A stretch of 64,000 nt of DNA from an uncultured Neisseriaceae bacterium (GTDB lineage: Bacteria; Pseudomonadota; Gammaproteobacteria; Burkholderiales; UBA11063). Both the position numbers and the translations under genes were made by a program. A model generated the notes under the pieces. That model had not been told where the DNA came from and did no database searches. It saw only the letters and a program-made list of their open reading frames with translations. Positions within the stretch are counted from its first letter, which is position 1, and each line of letters opens with the position of its first letter. The stretch is taken from NCBI GenBank assembly GCA_937872505.1, contig CALMTA010000137.1, forward strand, positions 132-64,131. The letters run 5' to 3'. This document shows, in pieces, positions 50,048-58,332 of the stretch.

Positions 50048-50756
50048 AAATAACATAGAAGTACAAGACATAAGATTAGGAAGAATAGAAGAATTTGACC
50101 AAAGAAGTTTAAACTTTCCTATAACTACCGTTTTAAAAACAGGTGTTAAAAGAAATCGCATATGGAGATGTACTGAAAATTATGACCAAGGAAATATTGG
50201 TGCTTGTGTAGCTTTTTCTATAGCTCACGAATTAGCAGCTACTCCAGTTGAAGTATTAGGTCTGAAAAATAACTATATAATAGAACAAATATATTGGGAA
50301 GCTCAAAAAATAGACCCTTGGGCAGGAGGAGCATATCCATCTGCTAGTCCTAAATATGAAGGTACGTCAGTCTTAGCTGGTGTTAAAATTGCACAAAAGT
50401 TAGGATATTTTGAACAATATAGGTGGGCTTTTGGTTTAAATGATGTACTATTAGGTTTATCAAGTAGTGGACCCTGTGTCTTAGGTATTAAATGGTATTC
50501 TAATATGAGCATTCCTGATAGTAAAAACTTTATAACTCCTACAGGTCAACTACAAGGTGGACATGCTATTTTAGCAAGAGGCGTTGATTGGAATAATAAA
50601 CATGTTATTTTACATAACTCTTGGGGAAAGAATTGGGGAGATAAAGGTAATTGCTATATTAAGTTTGAAGATTTAGAATTATTACTAAAAGATAATGGTG
50701 AAGCAGTATTCTTTAGTCAAAGAAAAAATCCTTATATTTTAAAACCTAAAAAATAG
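50031..50756 (+). CDS. papain-like (C1) cysteine peptidase
   Basis: DQGNIGACVAFS (Q/C), GGHAIL (H), HNSWGKNWGDKG (N). Confidence 0.9.
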   Translation: MSIIIKNNIEVQDIRLGRIEEFDQRSLNFPITTVLKTGVKRNRIWRCTENYDQGNIGACVAFSIAHELAATPVEVLGLKNNYIIEQIYWEAQKIDPWAGGAYPSASPKYEGTSVLAGVKIAQKLGYFEQYRWAFGLNDVLLGLSSSGPCVLGIKWYSNMSIPDSKNFITPTGQLQGGHAILARGVDWNNKHVILHNSWGKNWGDKGNCYIKFEDLELLLKDNGEAVFFSQRKNPYILKPKK

Positions 50757-50780
50757 TATATCTAAAAAATATATTTTAAC

Positions 50781-50829
50781 AAAAAATCACCTGTTACTAA
50801 ATAGTTTATTAAGTTTCAGGTGATTTTTT
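50781..50829 (+). terminator. intrinsic terminator-like hairpin
   Basis: AAAAAATCACCTG 50781-50793 / CAGGTGATTTTTT 50817-50829. Confidence 0.65.
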
Positions 50830-50841
50830 AATATAATTATA

Positions 50842-53800
50842 ATGAATTATATAGTAACTAAAAACAAAGAATATTTTCAAAAAATTGGAGAATATTTATA
50901 TTGTAAATTAGAAGATATAGTTTTACCAGATAAAATATCTTTTGATACAGAAACTACTGGATAAATAAAATATAAATATAAACCTAATTTTAATTATTTA
51001 TTATACTTTTAAGCTGTATATTTGTGAATAAATATCACAATTATGCAAGTAGACATAGAAGATAAAAAGAACTTTAAACTAAAAGGAATATATGGAATAG
51101 TAAATATTTTAAATAATAAAATATATATAGGTTCTACTTTAAATTCTTTTTATGATAGGTTCAAAAAGCATAAAAACTTATTATTAAAAAATAAACATCC
51201 CAATAAATATTTACAAAATAGTGTAAATAAACATGGAATAAATAATTTTAAGTTTTTTATAATAGAAATAGAAGATAATATTGAAATTATACGGTTCAGA
51301 GAATCTTTTTACATAGATAATAAAAACAGTGTGAAAAAAGGTTATAATATATCTAATCAAACAACTTGTCCTCCTTCAAACAAAGAAATAAGACTTAAAA
51401 TAAGTGAAACTTTAAAACACAAGCATAAAAATGATTGTGTTTTTAGGCAGGAATTTTTAAAGTTAGCAGAAAAAAGAAAAGGAAAACCTTCTTGGAACAA
51501 AGGTTTAATTTGTTCAAATATCTCCAATGCAAGAAAAAAAATGTTTGATGATATAGAAGTATATGATAATAATATGAAATATTTTGGAACATTTTCAAAT
51601 CCTGTAGAAATAGAAAAATATAGTAAATCTAAAAAAAATGATTTACCTATACCTATTCTTGTAGAACATTTACTTTTTAATCATAAAGATAAAAGTAAAA
51701 AAAGGATTAAAAAATATTTCGTAAATAATATTATTTATTCTCAAAATATACACAGAGCCATAAGAAACAATACTACTTACAAAGGTTTATTTTTTAAAAA
51801 AGTCCCTTATAATAGTAATGTTATAAGAAAAGAGGATGAATTGCTGGAAAAGCTGGAATGCCAATCAGCAGCCAAGCTATAAATACATTTATAGAAGGTT
51901 CAACGACTACCTGAGCAATAAAGTTTGCTTAATAACAGGAAGTAGCTTATCGTAATGTTTAAGTGAAAAAGCGTCCTCCATCCTTATAGGATGATGATAT
52001 AGTCTGGTCTTATATTAATAAAAAGTATAAGTTAACACAACGTAGATTCTAAGAAACATGATATATTTTGTGCGCAAATAGGTACAGGTAAAGATAATTT
52101 TTTGATTAAATTGTATGATGATGATTATGTTATAAAAGATTTAATAGAATTAATAAAAAACAAAACTTTAGTTATTCATAATGCTTTATTTGATTTAGAG
52201 TTTTTATATAAACATAATTTTTATCCTACAGATATTAAAGATACAATGCTAGCTTCTAAAATTATTTACAACGGTGATTATTTTAATATGCAGCATGATT
52301 TTAAATCCTGTATGAAAAGAGAATTAAACATAGAATATGATAAAACAGAACAAAAAAATATATCTACTGTTAAGCTATCTCAAAGTTCTACTATTTCTTA
52401 CAGTTTCAATGATGTAGACAAATTGCTTGAGTTACATGATAAATTGGAAAATAGTATAATAAAAAATAATCAAACGGCAACTTATAATTTACATTGTAAA
52501 TTTATCAGAGCTTTAGCTTATATAGAAAGATGTGGATTACCTATTTCAGTTAAAAAATGGAAAAATAAAATAAAAGAAGACTTACGTTTATCTTTAAAAT
52601 ATGAAAAAGATATAATTAAATATATATATAAAAATATACCTGAGTTTAGACAAAATCAATTAGATTTATTTGATAATAAAGAAACAGTTAAAGTTTTATT
52701 AACTTCTCCATTACAAATGCTAAAGGTTTTTAACAAGCTTAATATTAATACTAAAGATAAAGATAATAAAGACAGTATAAATGAAGCTGTTATTTCTAAA
52801 ACTAAACACGAGTTTGTTGATTTGTGGTTAAAGTTTCAAGAAAGTAAACACAGAGTAACTACCTTTGGTGAAAATATATTATCTCAAGTAGAAAATGATA
52901 GATTATATACTAACTTTAATCCTATGGTAGATACTGCTCGATTATCAACAAGAAAAGGATATATAAATTTTTTAAACTTTCCTGGAGATTTAAACACAAG
53001 AAATTGTTTTGAAGTAAGAGAAGGTAATAAATTAATAGTTTGTGACTTTTCAGGTCAAGAAACAATTTTAGCAGCTGATTTAAGTAATGATGAAGCTATG
53101 GTAGATTCTGTAGTTCATGGTAAAGATTTACATTGTGCTTTTGCTCGTGTTTTATATCCTGAAATAAAAGATTTAGATGACGAAGATATTATGAAAAATC
53201 ATAAGGATAAAAGAAATGCTGCTAAAGTTCCAAGGTTTGCGTTAAACTAATTTGACCGTTTATATAGTAATATATAAAATGAATTCTGTGAATTGTCTGA
53301 GAAGCCCTAAAAAGGGTAATCAGCAGCCAAGCTTTGTAGAAATACATTGAAGGTTCAACGATCAACACGTACTAACTAAACAGATAATGCTGTAGTTTAT
53401 GAGGTGACAAGAGCGCAGAACACCCTACTCTTTACAAGAGGGGTGATGATATGATCTGAGCTACGCATATATATAAAAGCGTAGAAGTTAGGATAAAGAG
53501 CCTAACGATAACAAAACTGTCAATATGGAGGATCGGCATTTACAATACATGAAAGTAAAGGAATACCTTTAGATGAAGCTTATGAAATAGAGAAAGCCTT
53601 TAAAGAGCTACATAGTGGGTTTTATTCTTGGGGTGAAGTTGAATATCAAAAAGCAATTAAAACAGGCTATATAGTCTCCTCTGACGGTTGGAGATTAAAA
53701 TTACCTAAATATGATTACTTTAAAAGTTTATTATCTCAAATATCTAATATAAGCAAAAATGAATGGCTATTATATAGAGATGGAAAATCTGAATTTACAG

Positions 53801-56384
53801 CAGAATTAAAAGCTAAAGAAAATAAGCTGCCTTATAAAATAACTGATATTCAAGCATATAATTTTTATAAAAGTAGAAGAAAAGATGTATCTAACTTTTA
53901 TAAAATGAAATCAGAATATCAGAGATTGTGTTTGAATAATCCTGAAATGTACGGGTGCGTAATAAGCAATTATTACAGTAGAATTGGGTGAATTGCTGGA
54001 ATGCCTCTAAAATAAAATTAGGTTAATCAGCAGCGAAGGTTTGTAAAAGTAATATTTAAATTGTATCTTTACAAAAAATAAGTAACAAACAACGTTCAGA
54101 GACTAGGAAGTGAGAATACTTATCAATAATCTTCCCACGAGTGCCCAATACCTTAATTATGACAAGAAAAGAATTATTATTATTTACAAAAGAGGTTCAA
54201 TTAGATTACTTTGAAAAAAGAATGACTTTAGATGAATTAGTTGAAAAATATAAAAGAAAAAAAGCAACTATACAGTATCATCTTATGAAAGCTGGTATTA
54301 CCAGAGCAGGTTATTTAAAAAAAAGATACACTAAAGAATATCTTGAAAATGCATTAACTACAACAACTTATAAAACATTAGCAAAAAAATTAAATTGTAC
54401 TTTAGGGGAGTTTAGACGTTTAGTACATTTTCATAATATAAAAAGAAATACTGCTCAGTTTTATAAAAAAAATATAGTTAAAGAAGAATTTTATTCTTCT
54501 AAAAAGTTTGAAAAAGAGTTTTACTACTTTGTTGGATTATTTGTTACAGATGGTTGTTTTTCAGGAAAAAACTCTATGAAAATATCAATAAAAAACAAAG
54601 GGGCTAAAGAGTTATTAACAAGTTTGTCTAGTATTATAGGTAATAATAATGTAAAAATTTATAATTCTGAATTTTATACATTAACACTAACTGATAGAAA
54701 CTTAAAAGAAAAGTTACTTTCTTTAGGTATTCCTGAAAAAGAAAAAACATATTTATTACGAGATATTTATATTCCTAATTCTGACTGTCTTTATTCTTTT
54801 TTGGCAGGAGCACTAGATGGTGATGGTCACATAGACTATCAATTATCTTATTTAGGTTATAGAACTAGTATAGGATATGCTTTATGTAATTATAATATTG
54901 AATTTTTAAAAAATCTTAAACTTAAAATAAAAGATATATTAAACTTTAATTGTATAATACATTTTTCATTAAAAGGAGGACTACCAGTTTTAGTAATAGG
55001 AGCAAGAAATAACTCAAAAAAATTTTTTAATAACTTGTATGCAATTTCACCAATCTTTTTGAAATGTAAATATGAAATATATCAAAGTGTCATAAATAAG
55101 GTAATGATATAGTCCAATCTTATAAGATAGTAAATTATAAGAATTAAGAGATAAAGAACTCTTAAGATAATAAAAATGGTACAAACAAGAGGAGCACATC
55201 AATTAAAACTAGCCGCTTATTTATTATTTACTTGGATATTAGAAAATAACTATGTTGGTGAAGTTCTGATATGCAATCTTATACACGATAAACTAAAAAA
55301 CTTGTTGTGTTTAAATCATGTTAATTGCTGGAATCCCCTAAAGACAACTAAACTACAACATAATTAGAAATAATAGGTGTGAATGTTTTAAAAATTAGTT
55401 GTATATTTGTTTATACAAACAAACATATAATATATAAAAAAAACAAATAATGGGCAATCAGCAGCTATATATTTTAAATGAAGATACAAAACAATTATTA
55501 CTAACAGCTAAATTAGGAGATGGTCATTTAACTATTCCTAAAAATAGTAACAGTAATTCTTGTTATTATACAAATTGTATTTATAAAGAATATTTAGAGC
55601 ATAAAAAAAGTATTCTGAGAGATTTAAGTTTTGATATTACTTATGTAGAAAAAAATGGTTATGCAGGAAAACCTATTTTCTGTTTATCATCTAAGAAGCA
55701 TGTAGAAATAACTAAAATAAAAAATATGTCCTTAGAAGATACTTTAAGCAGTTTGAATGATTACGGAATAGCACTATGGTTTTATGATGATGGAAGTTTG
55801 CATAAAGATAAACTTTTTTACAATCTTAACACACATAGCTTTTCAAAAGAAATTCAAGAAAACCTTTTTATACCATTTTTTAATAAATATAATATTTTTC
55901 CAAAAGTTACAAAAGAAATAAAGAAAAATGGAAATATATATTATTATTTAAGAATAAGTAAGTTTGAAGGCGCTTATGAAATATCTGAAATATTAAATAA
56001 ATATAAAATAAATTGTTATTCATATAAAGTATGGAGTTCAGAGACTAGCCAGAAATGGCGTAAATTGCAAGTGCAGTTGAAAAGCATGACGATAGATATT
56101 AGTAATTCTAAAAAAGGTAAACTTTTAGAATTAGATTCTGTCGAAGATATAGTCCGATCTTTAGAGAAATTTAAAGCGAGTAGATGGTACAAAACTCGGG
56201 CACGTAATAACGAAACGTGTTAAACAAAAAAATGGAGTTGGTTTTAGAATGTCCAGAACATTTAGCAGAAATTGTTAGACAAGCGACTGAAACAATTATG
56301 GTAGAAGCTGGAAATTATTATTTAACAAACATGAAAATAAAAGCCTCGGCTCATATAGGTAACTCTTGGGGAGAAGCAAAATAA
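50842..56384 (+). CDS. polA: family A DNA polymerase with 3'-5' exonuclease, five exons: 50842-50962, 52043-53243, 53520-53943, 55179-55289, 56235-56384 (2007 nt, 668 aa)
   Basis: splicing restores DTETTG|LD (Exo I), CDFSGQE (motif A), KVPRFAF|QYGG (motif B), NNP|VQTRGA and IHD|ELV (motif C) in one continuous frame. Confidence 0.92.
51017..51024 (+). promoter_or_regulatory. Bacteroidota-type -7 element TATATTTG inside intron 1
   Basis: 18 nt before the GIY-YIG ATG at 51043. Confidence 0.55.
51043..51882 (+). CDS. GIY-YIG homing endonuclease (intron-encoded)
   Basis: KGIYGIVNILNNKIYIGST, RFKKH, RE..YI, GYN; NUMOD-like RLKISETLK / KGKPSWNKG. Confidence 0.92.
   Translation: MQVDIEDKKNFKLKGIYGIVNILNNKIYIGSTLNSFYDRFKKHKNLLLKNKHPNKYLQNSVNKHGINNFKFFIIEIEDNIEIIRFRESFYIDNKNSVKKGYNISNQTTCPPSNKEIRLKISETLKHKHKNDCVFRQEFLKLAEKRKGKPSWNKGLICSNISNARKKMFDDIEVYDNNMKYFGTFSNPVEIEKYSKSKKNDLPIPILVEHLLFNHKDKSKKRIKKYFVNNIIYSQNIHRAIRNNTTYKGLFFKKVPYNSNVIRKEDELLEKLECQSAAKL
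53244..53519 (+). mobile_element. group I intron 2 in polA, ORF-less (276 nt)
   Basis: P1 GTT|AAA pairs with TTTGAC (U.G wobble); AATTGTCTGAGAA, AATCAGCAG, GTTCAACGATCA / GATATGATC; terminal G. Confidence 0.9.
53944..55178 (+). mobile_element. group I intron 3 in polA, LAGLIDADG ORF in L8
   Basis: CCT|G with IGS CGGG; AATTGCTGGAA, AATCAGCAG, GTTCAGAGACTA, GATATAGTC; terminal G at 55178. Confidence 0.9.
54159..55112 (+). CDS. double-motif LAGLIDADG homing endonuclease (ATG 54159; in-frame GTG 54141)
   Basis: YFVGLFVTDGCF and FLAGALDGDGHI. Confidence 0.9.
   Translation: MTRKELLLFTKEVQLDYFEKRMTLDELVEKYKRKKATIQYHLMKAGITRAGYLKKRYTKEYLENALTTTTYKTLAKKLNCTLGEFRRLVHFHNIKRNTAQFYKKNIVKEEFYSSKKFEKEFYYFVGLFVTDGCFSGKNSMKISIKNKGAKELLTSLSSIIGNNNVKIYNSEFYTLTLTDRNLKEKLLSLGIPEKEKTYLLRDIYIPNSDCLYSFLAGALDGDGHIDYQLSYLGYRTSIGYALCNYNIEFLKNLKLKIKDILNFNCIIHFSLKGGLPVLVIGARNNSKKFFNNLYAISPIFLKCKYEIYQSVINKVMI
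55402..55409 (+). promoter_or_regulatory. Bacteroidota-type -7 element TATATTTG inside intron 4
   Basis: 40 nt before the endonuclease ATG at 55450. Confidence 0.5.
55450..56223 (+). CDS. LAGLIDADG_2-type homing endonuclease
   Basis: LLLTAKLGDGHL and IALWFYDDGS. Confidence 0.88.
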   Translation: MGNQQLYILNEDTKQLLLTAKLGDGHLTIPKNSNSNSCYYTNCIYKEYLEHKKSILRDLSFDITYVEKNGYAGKPIFCLSSKKHVEITKIKNMSLEDTLSSLNDYGIALWFYDDGSLHKDKLFYNLNTHSFSKEIQENLFIPFFNKYNIFPKVTKEIKKNGNIYYYLRISKFEGAYEISEILNKYKINCYSYKVWSSETSQKWRKLQVQLKSMTIDISNSKKGKLLELDSVEDIVRSLEKFKASRWYKTRARNNETC

Positions 56385-56395
56385 TTTCAACTAAA

Positions 56396-57661
56396 ATGAC
56401 TAGATATAAATTGGAAAAACAAAATAGCTTAGAAGGAGAAAGAGATATGAGTGTTTTACTTAAAGACTATGATAATATTGGTCTTGAAAAAGTTAATAAT
56501 GAAACCTATACTCAAAGAGTGATAAAAGTTGACAAACTAAACTTTACCAATTATACAGGAGAACATTTTCCTGTACATTCTTATATGACTAATAAGTTTA
56601 ATATATTTCCATCTAAGCTAGATATTACTTCAGTTAAAGCCAATAAAGATATAAATTTAGTTAATTTCTTTTTAGAAGAAGGCTTTAGTATAATTTTTAA
56701 AAAAATAGAAACTCGTACTACTAAAATTGACATTACTAACAATAAATTTTATATAAATTCTTATGATAATTATTATGAGCATCCTATAAGAAGTATAGTT
56801 TTTGTTAATGAAGATATGAGAATATTAGTAGATTTATATTGTGAAGAAATTAGTAGTAAAGATAAAGAAGAAATACAAGACAATGTATTAGATAATCCTG
56901 TTGTTACTTACAATATAGAAGTATATTATGATGAAAATATAGGAATACATAACTTTTTAGAAAAACTAAAAACTGTTATTACTGATAGTTGTGTAAAAAA
57001 ATTAGTAGATAATAATAATTATATTTATATTATTACTAATGATTTAAGACTAGATAAATGTGAAATTAAAGATATGAAACTAAATTCTGAAAATTTACCG
57101 TTATACTATAATGATGATTTTATTGAAGTTAGTGATTATCTTTTATCAACTCTTAATGAAAACAGTAAAGCAGGTATAATGTTTTTACATGGTGAGCCAG
57201 GAACTGGTAAAACAAGTTATATTAGATATTTAGTTACTCAGTATAAATATAAATCTATATATGTAACTCCTGATAAATTAAATCTATTAGGGGACAGTGC
57301 TTTCTTACAGCTATTAATTAATTATAAAAATTCTCTTTTAATATTAGAAGATTGTGGAAATATTATTAAAAAAGGAAATCATTCTACAATAGTTAATAAT
57401 TTATTAAACTATAGTGATGGCATTTTAGGAGATATAATTAATGTTAAAATTATTATAACTTTTAATGAAGACATTAATGATATTAGTGATGCTTTTTTGC
57501 GAAACGGTAGATGTTTGTTAAAATATAAATTTAATAAATTGTCTGCTAATAAAGTTAATAAGTTAAATCCTAATTATAATGAAGAAATGACTTTAGGAGA
57601 AATATTTAAACCTAAACAAGATTATATTAACAATACTCAAAAAAATAAAATAGGATTCTAA
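56396..57661 (+). CDS. AAA+ ATPase (BCS1-like; likely start ATG 56396)
   Basis: LHGEPGTGKT (Walker A), LILED (Walker B), LLNYSDG, LRNGR (Arg finger). Confidence 0.88.
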   Translation: MTRYKLEKQNSLEGERDMSVLLKDYDNIGLEKVNNETYTQRVIKVDKLNFTNYTGEHFPVHSYMTNKFNIFPSKLDITSVKANKDINLVNFFLEEGFSIIFKKIETRTTKIDITNNKFYINSYDNYYEHPIRSIVFVNEDMRILVDLYCEEISSKDKEEIQDNVLDNPVVTYNIEVYYDENIGIHNFLEKLKTVITDSCVKKLVDNNNYIYIITNDLRLDKCEIKDMKLNSENLPLYYNDDFIEVSDYLLSTLNENSKAGIMFLHGEPGTGKTSYIRYLVTQYKYKSIYVTPDKLNLLGDSAFLQLLINYKNSLLILEDCGNIIKKGNHSTIVNNLLNYSDGILGDIINVKIIITFNEDINDISDAFLRNGRCLLKYKFNKLSANKVNKLNPNYNEEMTLGEIFKPKQDYINNTQKNKIGF

Positions 57662-58230
57662 TGGACATTATAAAAGAAATAAAAGAATATATAGTATATA
57701 ACGATTCGAGAACTACATTAAAGTTTAAAAATGTACAAGAAAAAGAAAGATATTTAAGAAAAACTGACCTATTTTTTGAAAAACTAACTTTAGAAGATTT
57801 AAACTCTGTTATTGACTTAGTGGATTTTGATCAAAAAAGCGGTAAATTTTTCTCTTCTTTATATTCTTCTAAAATTAGTAAATTATATCTAGATATAGAT
57901 GTTACTAAAATATCTTTAAAAGAGACTTATGCTATAATGAATGAAAGAATAGAACATTTGAAAAACAACAGCAGAGCTTCTCAACTTATATATAAAATAA
58001 TAGGTCAAGGAATCTGTACACTATTAAAGTTATTTAAAGACGAAGAAATAATAGAATTTGTTAAAACTGAAAATGAACACTTTAAGTTTATAGCTAATTA
58101 TATTGTTACAATTTATAATGAATATTATGCTTCTGGTAATAAGATTACTTATGGTTTAAGTGAATACACTATAAAAAATGTTTTGTTATTTATACAAGAA
58201 AAATCCGAATCTCTAAATAAACCAATTTAA
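57661..58230 (+). CDS. hypothetical protein
   Basis: 189-aa ORF sharing a base with the upstream stop. Confidence 0.55.
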   Translation: MDIIKEIKEYIVYNDSRTTLKFKNVQEKERYLRKTDLFFEKLTLEDLNSVIDLVDFDQKSGKFFSSLYSSKISKLYLDIDVTKISLKETYAIMNERIEHLKNNSRASQLIYKIIGQGICTLLKLFKDEEIIEFVKTENEHFKFIANYIVTIYNEYYASGNKITYGLSEYTIKNVLLFIQEKSESLNKPI

Positions 58231-58237
58231 ATATATT

Positions 58238-58274
58238 AAAACACGGTAAGTTATTTTATTTGCCGTGTTTTTTT
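58238..58274 (+). terminator. intrinsic terminator
   Basis: AAACACGGTAA / TTGCCGTGTTT stem followed by a T-run. Confidence 0.7.
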
Positions 58275-58277
58275 ATT

Positions 58278-58286
58278 TAATTTTGC
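58278..58286 (+). promoter_or_regulatory. Bacteroidota-type -7 element TAATTTTGC
   Basis: TAnnTTTG immediately after the terminator, upstream of GTG 58333. Confidence 0.5.
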
Positions 58287-58332
58287 AAATGATTATTAAC
58301 AAAATTCGCTATTAAAAAAAAATTTCACAAGC

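Larger units (their letters stand above)
50963..52042 (+). mobile_element. group I intron 1 in polA, GIY-YIG endonuclease ORF in L1
   Basis: exon ends in U, intron ends in G; AATTGCTGGAAA, AATCAGCAG, GTTCAACGACTA, GATATAGTC core elements; IGS GTCC at 51802. Confidence 0.9.
55290..56234 (+). mobile_element. group I intron 4 in polA, LAGLIDADG ORF in L6 overlapping the core
   Basis: CACGAT|AA pairs with TTGTTGTG; AATTGCTGGAA, AATCAGCAG, GTTCAGAGACTA, GATATAGTC; terminal G at 56234. Confidence 0.9.

Noticed and set aside
4113-50512. Minus-strand and alternate-frame short ORFs (e.g. 4113-4307, 5158-5355, 6749-6955, 8640-8891, 12073-12264, 12808-13020, 15120-15344, 17845-18027, 19457-19654, 29353-29559, 35982-36170, 36807-37034, 39696-40106, 50303-50512)
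   Set aside because: All overlap better-supported + strand genes and show no motifs; they look like shadow ORFs.
52102-53250. ORF-track 382-aa ORF as a complete split or frameshifted polymerase gene
   Set aside because: It is exon 2 of polA plus a few intron nucleotides; the breaks are explained by group I introns, not frameshifting or stop-codon recoding.
55176-55367. 63-aa ORF MVQTRG...
   Set aside because: It is polA exon 4 read from the intron-terminal ATG and running into intron 4.
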